Source: Dicyema japonicum
Lineage: Eukaryota; Animalia; Dicyemida
Assembly (NCBI GenBank): GCA_011109175.1
Contig: RDEW01000009.1
Coordinates: 1,074,652 to 1,107,651 of the forward strand
Direction: 5' to 3'
Length of the DNA: 33,000 bases
Below the pieces are notes generated by a model. That model saw only the letters and a program-made list of their open reading frames with translations. It did not search any database and was not told the origin of the DNA. Position 1 is the stretch's first letter. Each line of letters begins with the position of its first letter. Shown here piece by piece: positions 23,740 through 33,000 of the stretch. Position numbers and translations under genes: made by a program.

Positions 23740-25775
23740 GTGGTCGTGCCGGTCGTGCCGTCTGGAACTCACTAAAATTGAGCCTCATGATCATTTTGTG
23801 TCATTATCATCTGTATCAGACCTTCTGGAAGCCATGTCTCCGGAGGATTTTCTGGTTTTATTATCAAACACGCGACAAAGGAAGATTATCCCTGTCAGGA
23901 TCCCCAAGACTTCCCGGATCTCAATTGCTTCTGCCCTTTCTTCTTGCATTGAGAAAGCTGTGTCCAATGGCTCGAAAAAGGATTGGATGGTTCTTTTCTC
24001 TTTCCCTGTCCTGGCTATGGGGTTAGAGCGTAAGCCTGCCTCATCTTCTCGGAAACCCTCTCTATCCTTAGTCCTGAAGAAGCGCGTGAGTGCCTTTATG
24101 GATTCATGGGAGTCCCTGGCTGAAGAATTATTTGTATCCCCAGTTGATTACTTCCAAAAGTCCAATTCCAAACAATCCAGTATGGCTCCTGAGAGGCTTC
24201 GCTCTCGTGTCAGGAGGAAATTGATGGAGGGCGACCTTACTGCTGCTGTTAGATCTGTTTGTACGGATTCTGACCCAGTGAAAACCACTCAGGAGACACT
24301 CTGTATATTGGGACAGAAACATCCTCCAGAACCAGAAGACTTTTGTAAACCTGTTCGTCCAGAACAATCTATGCATGATATTTCCACTTCAGCCATTTAC
24401 AACGCTCTTCGTTCTTTCCGAAAAAGTAGCAGTGGAGGAGTTGACGGTCTCAAACCTGGCCATATGTCAGACTTGGTTACTCATTCTGTCGTCACGCCTA
24501 GATCGCTACTCTTGGAGCGATTTTGGTAAACCGGTGATTTCCTTGGGTGTGGGATTTTGGTAAACCGGGTGAGGGAGTTATTGGAAGGCAAGAGGACTAA
24601 TTTACGTCAGTATGCCGACAGGATGAGTTTTTTGGACCGTCATGTCACCTTTTTATTATGAAGAATTGTCTCCTTCTCCCAAAACTCTTTTTTATTCTAC
24701 TGGGATCCTCATGCTACGCCGAAAAAGACCTTCTATCGTTAATTGATATGGATATCCGGTCAATGATGGGGTCCATTCTTAATGTTTGTTTTGATGATTT
24801 CGGATAGCTACAGGCCTCACTCCCTGTAGCCTGCGGTGGTTTAGGTCTTTCTCTTCCTTCGGACGTTGCTTTGGGCGCCTATTTATCTTCATTCGGCTCG
24901 TCAAGGCGTTTAGCGGATACGGTCCTTCACTCTACTTCCGGATTAAACGTACCGCTGACGCCGTCGGGAGCCTGGGATGAATGGATGAATTTGTACCTGA
25001 ATACTCCAATTGTGATAAGATAAGTCCTATTTGTTTTGTGTCTTCGAAAAGAAGAAAGAGTCCCTTGAAAAGACGAAAGATATAAGAAGGCTTGCCTGCC
25101 TCAAAACAGCCAGTTGTCACTCGACGGGGGCCAGAATGAACGCTTATCCATCTGCCGAAATTGGAAACCTGTTGGATGATGAGGCTGTGAGAATAGCTAC
25201 CTCGCTTCGTCTTGGTCTTAAATTGTGTGCCGAAAGAAAATGCCGCTGTGGACGTTGGATCGATCCTTTTGGTTATCATCCCTTGTCATGCAAGATGAGT
25301 GCGGGTCGTTTCCCCAGGCACTCCTGTCTTAACATGACATTAAAGAATTCCCTTGCCTCTGCTGGACACCATTGCCTGTTAGAACCTGCTGGTCTTTCCC
25401 GAAACGATGGAAAACGCCCTGATGGGATGACGACTTTTCCATTCGCCAACGGACGAAACCTGATCTGGGACGCGACGTGTGTTGATACTTATTCCCCGTC
25501 TAATTTGGTTGCTTCTGCTTCAGACCCAGGACATGCTTCAAAGCAGGCCGAGAAACGAAAGAGGAGGAAGTACCAGAGAATTTCGGAGGAGTGTCTTTTT
25601 TTCCATTCGCGGTGGAAACGTCAGGAATCCTTAGGCCCCAAGCAGATGAGTTGGTTCGTAAGATCGGCTCCATGATTCAAGCTGTGACCAAGGATCCGCG
25701 AGAGACTGGTTGGTTCCGAGAACGTATCTCGTTGGCTATTGTAAGGGAAATAGCATGGCCATTCAGATGCCTTAA
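23740..25775 (+). mobile_element. Longest CRE-like non-LTR retrotransposon copy; RT core deleted
   Basis: N-terminal region to SSGGVDGLKPGH; jump at ~24520-35 to DFLGCGI...LPKL...QASLPVACGGLGL; CRCG...HPLSC; DGKRPDGMTTFPFANGRNLIWDATCVDT; VETSG; no QGDP/YLDD motifs. Confidence 0.92.
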
Positions 25776-25949
25776 TTTAATTTTTATTCATTTGATAATA
25801 AAACCTATTAATTAAATAAATTATTAAGCAGCATTCCCAGATTTGTTAATTTATCATTTCCGTGTTTTAAAAAGTATTTTTCTAGTTCTTCAATATGATT
25901 TATCGCGTCTGCAAACTAATTTCTTCATTTTTACGAGTTTATTGTTATT

Positions 25950-27409
25950 TCCATCTTCTTCACATCTTTTAAAACTTGACTCTTGGATTTTTTCCAAGAA
26001 TTCTTCATCATTAATCAAATTTTCATCGTTTGTAAAAAAGTCATTGAAATCATTATTTCGAGCTGAAATTATCTAGGGTTTTATTCGATGCACTCAAATT
26101 TGTTTCATTTTCTTTCTCGGCTTTTTTCCATCTGTAATTTTCCAATTTTAAACGTTTTAATAACATTTTTTATCGCATCTGACGAATCATTTACTTACGA
26201 TTCATATAATTAAGCAAATAATTGATTAATTTAATTCTTTTAATCTCTCCTCATGTGTATTTTCGATCATGCTTAAATTTCTTCAAGCTTTTTTTATATT
26301 TTGAGTTAAAAGAATTTAAAATCCCCAGATTTAAAGGTTGTAATTTCGATGTTGTATTTGGTGGTTGAAAAAAACAATTCAATGTTTGTAAAGATTTCAT
26401 CATTAGCATTGTCTAGAAGTAACAAAATTTTTCAATTATCGACTTGCATTCTTCCTAATTTTTTATCCATTTAAAAAATGGTGTATTAATCCATGCTTTT
26501 TTACTGAATGTTGTATATTCATTTCTTCAAATTCCGAATTTTTAAATCCTCTGGGATTTTTGATTTTTCCAATAATTAACGGTTTTTCCTTTTTGCCTAC
26601 TACAACATAAAAGCACTGATTTACGCTCCTTTGAAAATTTCCCACTTGCTATGTCTTGTTCATTTAATATTATTGTATTTTTGGAGGACATTTGAAAAAC
26701 AGTCCAGTTTCATCACAGTTTTATGCGTCACTGGAATCATACTTATTAAAGACATATAGAAAATCTTACAGGTTTCTTTTAATATTATTGGATCGACTAA
26801 GTCTTCTTCTCCAGCAATTGTTCGAGATTTTATGCCATAATGTTTTTTAATCTCGTGATCCATGTCCATGAAGCTTTCAAATTATGAAAATTCAATTTGT
26901 TAGCAATTTTAAGCCTCATTACCTGAAGCATATCATTAGTAATAGTATGGTTGTATTTTCTCTTATTTTGTATCCACTCAAACAAAGGTGTGTAAATTAT
27001 ATCATTTATTGTGCTAGTTATAATATTTTTTGCATTTTCCAATTTTTTGCTGCAATTATTGTATTTTTCTTTGTTTTATAAAATAAAATTTATCGTTCCA
27101 ACAGGCATTTTAAATTTTCTGGTTAGAGAAGCTTGAGTGATGACGGGAAATTTTTCTGTACTGATAAATTCCTTTTTCTGTTTGAAAGAATATGTTTTCT
27201 TATTTTCTAAATTACTAACTATACGACACGTGTACATTTAAAAAAATTTTATATTTTATTATTATTTTAATTTTTTAATAAATTAAGATTCATTAAATAA
27301 AAATTCATTAAATTTCAATTTTAGGAGGAAAATCATTAAAAATTGAAATTCGGATTCATTAAGTAAAATATTCATTAAGTGAAATATTCATTAAACAACA
27401 AAACAACTG
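25950..27409 (-). mobile_element. pogo/Tigger transposon (different family), decayed, one TIR
   Basis: TA+CAGTTG terminus at 27409 with ttcattaa subterminal repeats; LKASWTWITRLK, CDETGLF, KEKPLIIGKIKNPRGFK, LLLDNA, NTTSKLQPLNLGI; second TIR not found. Confidence 0.88.
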
Positions 27410-27432
27410 TATTTCGGCACTAATTTTCCCTT

Positions 27433-27685
27433 GATGAGGGCAAATGAGAAGAAATACTGAGTACTACGCGACCGATTCGCGTTCTACCCCATTGTTGTTG
27501 AGACGACAGGAGGAATAAGTGGAAAATTCCTTTGTTTCATAAAGATGCTTGGACGCCTAGCTACATAAAAGCCACGACGCACGTGAGACCCGGTGGCTTT
27601 TACTAAATGATCTTTGTTACAATAGTGAGAAGCGACGCAACGTCAGTAATGTCTGCTGGACCATTTTTGATGGACTTTTGTGTAA
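27433..27685 (+). mobile_element. 5'-truncated CRE-like tail, same subfamily as 7589-7840
   Basis: Direct nucleotide similarity to the reverse complement of 7600-7838 (e.g. gccacgacgcacgtgagacccggtggct). Confidence 0.88.
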
Positions 27686-28604
27686 ATTAATTTATTAATT
27701 TCGGTAAATTATTTATCGTAGTGGAGAGATACGATTAGTATACATTGAAACCTAGGAACTTTTTGGGGGAGTCAATCTCTGCTTACTTTGAAGTCGGGTG
27801 CTTTGATTTTTGTTTACAATGTCGATTTTAGACGTGTCTCTTCCAAGTAACAAGTTAAATCATATCCCCAATTATTGGAACCCGTTCGGTGAAATATGGA
27901 AGAGATATTCTTTAAAGATACTGTCCGATCACTTTGCTTCTCCCGAGACAGGCGGTTCCTTGACGCTTCATGATTTGAAAAAGCGAAAAGCAGTAAAAAA
28001 TCTTCCGTGTATTTTTATTTTTGAATTATTTAACACGTAAAAATTGCCAAGTAAGTCAAACACAACTGTCCAGAAATGACTGCCAATTTTCCACCTTACC
28101 TAAAAGTAATAGATAAAACCAAATGTAAGACTAATAGATAGGCCTTTAGCTATATTCTCAAGAAAAATTCGAAAACAATAACCTGCATCCTATTGGTGAT
28201 AATCGTCCCAGTTCCTCAAAGTTGTCGTGATGGGCGGAATTTAATTTTTAATTAAGCATTTGACTTTTTTTTAGTTCATAAATATCGCGTATCTGATGTC
28301 TACTGATTAACTTATTTTTTTAGTGTATATTATTAGTAACCCCAGGCTTACCAATATAACCCCAGCACGAACAGTCATAGCTAATTAATCCAAGGAAAGA
28401 ACCAAAGGGAGAACATCTGCTTGTGCCGTGTATATTTGATGAAAAGGGATACACATTAAGGTATTTCATAGTAACAGTTCACAAGATCATGTGTTGATTT
28501 ATTTATTTATCAAACTTAAATTAATTAAATTTCAAATTTAAATAAATTACTTTCATTATAAATTTAAATAAAAAAATTGAGTTAACGTGCATTTCTTGTG
28601 GACT

Positions 28605-29637
28605 ATGGTATTTTCCTATCATAATTGTCTTTAGCAAAGAAGACAAGCCCGTTTAAGACGTGAATATATTTATCGTAAGTCAATTGAACAACGAGACCAA
28701 CAAATAGCTGAAAAGAAACAAAAAATGCGGAAAGCAGTCGAAGACAACGAGCAGATCCCTCACGAGCTACGTGACGAGGCAATCGAGCTTCATGCAAAAT
28801 TGGGCTGGGACGACAAAGGAGCTGATGGGGTCGTGAATCACTGTGATGACGAATATCGCTGGGCGGGGGTGACTGATCCGAAAATAATCATCACCACCTC
28901 TCGAGACCCCAGTTCTCGTCTTCGCCAATTCGCGCAGGAAATGCGACTGCTAATCCCAAATTCACAGCGAATAAACCGTGGTAACTGCCAAGAACGGGAA
29001 CTCATCAACGCTGCACGTGCCAACGATATTACCGACGTAATAATTTTGATGGAAACACGTGGAAAACCTGGTAACTTTATAATTAATCCCAGATGGGTTT
29101 GTTGTCTCCCATCTTCCTTTTGGTCCAACAGCCTACTTTACCTTGTACAACTGTGTGCTAAGGCACGATATTGGCAAAGAAGAGTCTCTGCCTCCAATGA
29201 CTCAGGCCTTTCCGCATCTCATCTTTAACTGCTTTACAAGTCCTTTGGGGATGAGAGTTTGATTCGTTGTTACTCTTAGGTTATGAGTGTCCTCAAATTT
29301 CTATTTCCAGTGCCTAAGGAAAACTCAAAAAGAGTGGTGACTTTTGCCAACAACAACGATTTGATCTCTTTTAGGTATTTTTTATTTTATTTTTAAAATT
29401 ATTTAAATATTTATTAATTACGCATTTTAAAGGAATCACACCTTTAAGAAAAATCGTGAAACAAAATTGTACGAGTTACTGAGATTGGGCCGAGATTTGA
29501 AATGAAATGTGTGTCATTTATTTATTTTAGTGTACAAACTTGTTTTAGGAACTTTGGAGACCACTCAATCTGCTCAGGTGGAGTGGGTTCTAAGACCATA
29601 CATGAATACTGCGAAAAAACGTTTATTTCTTACGTGA
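28605..29637 (+). CDS. IMP4: U3 snoRNP protein IMP4 (Brix domain), 6 exons
   Basis: ATG-only first exon; RRQARLRREYIYRK, DDEYRWAGVTDPKIIITTSRDPSSRL, SHLPFGPTAYFTL, EIGPRFEMK, PYMNTAKKR. Introns: 28608-34, 29071-92, 29257-79, 29375-432, 29509-30. One -1 frameshift at ~29478. Confidence 0.96.
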
Positions 29638-29721
29638 TTTGTAATATTTTTAATATAAAATCATTGATTTTTTAGTTATAAAAACTTATTTGATTTTTAC
29701 ATCATTTATAGAGCACCTAGT

Positions 29722-29780
29722 CAGAGGTTCCCAACCAGGGTTCTGCGAAATAATCTAGGGGTTCCGCTAAGTTCCAAAAT
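29722..29780 (+). mobile_element. Solo hAT (Charlie/Buster-type) end
   Basis: CAGAGGTTCCCAACCAGGG followed by gggtt(c/t)(c/t)gc repeats; partner TIR not seen. Confidence 0.55.
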
Positions 29781-30045
29781 TTTTTTAAATCTTTTTTAAA
29801 AAAATAATTTTTCACAACGAATCATTTTAATTTGCGCGTCTAAATTGACTCTTCTGACAGTGCATATTTTAAGGTTCGAACTTACAAACGTTTTTCTGTC
29901 AATAAAGTTAATTTTTCATTTGATTATTTCAATTATAGGATGTTTCATTCAATAGTGTTTGTAGAACCTGCCAACAACATCTCACGTCGAAAGTACAGTC
30001 ACTAAATTCACTTTGGAATTGTTTATTAATCTAAATTAATGACCA

Positions 30046-32318
30046 ATTACAAACTCCAAGGAATTCTACGCTTATGGCTTTCTTTGAACTTTGTACAAAG
30101 ATACATTTGCAAAAACATTATTATATTGTGAAATTCCTAGATACTACACGTGGGAAACTACCGGTATGAAATTCAAATGAAAAATAAGAGGAGAACCAGT
30201 GAATGGATATCCAGGGATTGTAAGTAGTGATGCATTGGGCAGGGTGTACACAGTTCACCCTAACAACTCCGAATGTTATTGTGTTAGGTTACTTCTGCAT
30301 ACCATCCGAGGACCGAAATCTTTTACTGATTTAAAGACAGTCGATGGAGTAATCTGCGCAACATATAGAGAAGCCTGTTTTAAATTGGGACTTTTAGAAG
30401 ATGACAAAAGCTGGGACGACGCATTGACCGAAGCTGGGATTTTCAATATGCCATCGCAGATTAGATATTTATTTACATTGATGTTGGCACATTGTAATAT
30501 TTCAAATCCTCTATAACTTTGGGAGAAGCATAAAGAAATAATGTGTGAAGATATATTAGAGAGGGAAGCAAAATCAGGTTTTGACGAGGACGTTTTTAAT
30601 GAAGGATTACTAATCATTGATAGATTACTCGAATCAGTGATTGGGAAAAATATTAATGAGTACGGGTTTACCGTTACATACTACAAATAATTTGGAATAT
30701 GAAAAATACAATTTAGAACCACATCAAATAATAAAAGAAAGGGAACCGAATTTATTGGAAGGTCAATCAAGAATCTATACCAGAGCTTTTCAAAAAATAA
30801 TTCTCGCGGCACACTAATCGTAAAAAAATAATCCACGGCACACATTAAAAAATAAAAAATTAAATTATTAAGATGTGTAAAACTAAGTACAAAAATTGGT
30901 AATTTAATGCGCAAATTTTTATTAATAAAAAATGAAATCTTAATTATTATTGTTTTTGCATATATCATCAATATCAGGTCGAATGATTGACAAAGCCACC
31001 CGCATTTCAGCATCAATGTTTCTCAAACTTTCACGTTTGTTATATTGTTTTGTAATTTTATCAGAATAAACAAATCGTATATATGCCAACACATGTGCCA
31101 TTCCTGAAATATCCATGATTCATCAAGTTGTAATGAAAACCGAGTTTCTTTAATAGAAAATGAGACATTATTTTCAATATTATCCGACAAGAAACAGTGC
31201 TATCTGACAAAGGTATCTTCATTATTTTTTTGTTCACATTTATAACCTAACATAGTCCAAGTAATAATAAGACAAGCTGGGATTATCAAGTTTTCGCCAA
31301 TAGTGTGAGGTTTTAGTTGTTTTGCTATCAATTCTGAGATCAGGTATGAACATTTCAATGATTCCTTTGTGTTTACAAAAGTTTCACTGAACATCATTTG
31401 ACTAGATCTACGATTCATAGTAAAAACTGAATAATGCTTGTGTTGTTTTTTCAAATGGATAAAATAATCCACAGATTTTTCGGAATAGTCCGGATGTTTG
31501 GAAAATGTCTCTTTAGTTTGCTAGGAACGATAGCATCATTTGCCAAGACTTCCATGGAAATTAGACATTGAGGTATTTTATTTTTATCTATGCATATAAA
31601 TCCAAATGACAAATAAGAATCTTTATAATAACGACGAACTGATTTACCCATAAGCACGTTGATGCGCACGTTATTAAAAAATTAATAAATAATGGTTAAC
31701 CAATGTAAATGTCATTTAACATATAATAAAAAAATGATTATTTTAATTTTAGTAATTATTTTAATTTGTTTATCTTTTTAAATAAATTAGTTAAAAAAAT
31801 ATATATAAATTTATTCAAATTTTTATTTGGCAGGCGGCACACCGTTTGACAACCTCTGATCTATACTGAAATAAACAGAAATATTGAAGAAATGATGGTA
31901 AGACAGATGAATCACAATTTAGATTTAAGAGACTACAATTTCTATTGAAGTTGAGTTTCGCAATGACAATCAACAAATTACAGGGACAAACTCTTAAAGT
32001 AGTAGGTTTATCTTTAGCAAGTGAATGTTTTGCACATGGACAGTTATATGTAGGTTGTTCTAGGGTAGGTGAACGAGAGAACCTATTCATATACACAAAG
32101 GACGGTCGTACAAGCAATGTTGTATATCAACAAGTATTACAAAAAGATAATTGATAATTTTTACTATGACAATCAGTTTTTTTAATCAAAATAGTTTAAT
32201 TCGTTACATACAATTCACTAAGGAAAAACTGATCGAAATGGGAGTGAACTCCGAAGGTGTGAACGACAGCCATTCGCAGGACCTAGCTCGCAGTGAGCGA
32301 AGCGACCTGCCGAGCTAG
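30046..32318 (+). mobile_element. Helitron remnant (Rep-helicase linker plus helicase C-terminus and 3' end), interrupted by a hAT
   Basis: TLMAFFELC..LLYCEIPRYYTW; LGRVYTVHP..RLLLHTIRGPKSFTDLKTVDG..YREAC; FAMTINKLQGQTL..FAHGQLYVGCSRV; 3' hairpin with GCGAAGC, then CTAG|T at 32315-19. Confidence 0.92.
30781..31858 (-). mobile_element. Buster/ZBED5-like hAT element, internally deleted, both ends intact
   Basis: TIRs CAGAGCTTTTCAAA / CAGAGGTTGTCAAA; perfect 8-bp TSD ATCTATAC (30773-80, 31859-66); YLSFGF, PSKLKRH, KPHTIGENLIIPA, FSLQLDES, EMRVALS. Confidence 0.95.
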
Positions 32319-32549
32319 TGATTAATAAAAGTCTTGATCTCCAAAATCAAATAGAATGCCAAAAAGGAGTCATTTTATACTAAGTTAGCAATTATTAGAA
32401 TGAATTGAGTTTTCTCAAGAATCTTATCTAAATTTTCTGAAATACTACATTTTATATTTTCTGCATTATTTGGACGTGGTGATGGACTCAGAATAAAATG
32501 AAAACTCAAATTCTTTATTTTCCTGATAATTCCCTGATTTAGCAAAATA

Positions 32550-32835
32550 CAATAAAACCTCTCGAATCCGCCACCTCTTGAATCCGCCGCATTTTTTTAA
32601 AAATACAAAATTCCCTATGAAAAATTCTCAAATCCACCAATTTCTCGAATTCGCCGCATTTTTAAATTTTTTTTTATTTTCTTATTATTTTTATTTTTTA
32701 ATTCAAAAACTGAAAAAATAAAACTCGGAAAATCATAAACCGAGGCATGTAAAGAAATAAGCCTTAAGGATGCTATAATTTATACCCATCAAGCATGGAA
32801 AAAGCTAAATAGTAAATACTTTTTTCGAAATGCTA
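32550..32835 (+). mobile_element. Second copy of the pogo left end (family of 5970) fused to a pogo C-terminal scrap
   Basis: 32550-32709 matches 5970-6118; followed by ISLKDAIIYTHQAWKKL. Confidence 0.88.
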
Positions 32836-33000
32836 AATGTTTAGTTGAATGGTATTTTTTGATGATAAAATTTCAGTGAAATAAAAATTAAAAAAATCCT
32901 AAAGACCACGGTAACACCAAACTAATTAAACACGTGATCCTATCATGCTCTAATAAAGACCTCTACTCGGCCCGATGCTTCCCTCGAGCCTACTCAAGCA

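Noticed and set aside
29722-31670. TIR at 29722 as the end of the Buster element
   Set aside because: The true ends, with matching TSD, are at 30781 and 31858

Overview
AT-rich eukaryotic, probably animal, genomic DNA with very short spliceosomal introns (mostly 19-27 nt). This fits a compacted parasite genome such as a myxozoan or dicyemid, but the taxon is inferred and not proven. Two conserved genes can be rebuilt by hand: ARP6/ACTR6 (21274-22762, 10 introns) and IMP4 (28605-29637, 5 introns). Both carry 1-nt homopolymer frameshifts that look like assembly errors. There is also a truncated CDKL kinase first exon, a decayed POLR3C-like 3' fragment, and two intron-split orphan gene models that the ORF track misses or only partly shows: a 189-aa signal-peptide/TM protein and a 62-aa TATA-box gene. 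Much of the rest is transposon debris: about 8 CRE-like RLE non-LTR fragments, RTE-like LINE tails, several pogo/Tigger copies, a Buster hAT with a perfect 8-bp TSD nested in a Helitron, a Merlin remnant, and a Ginger-like integrase carrying a host-type mini-intron. The unexplained signals are a strong excess of CCACGTGG palindromes that delimit GG...CC segments, and templated-insertion scars at deletion junctions. No rRNA, tRNA or CRISPR array was recognised. Family assignments come from remembered motifs, not from searches.
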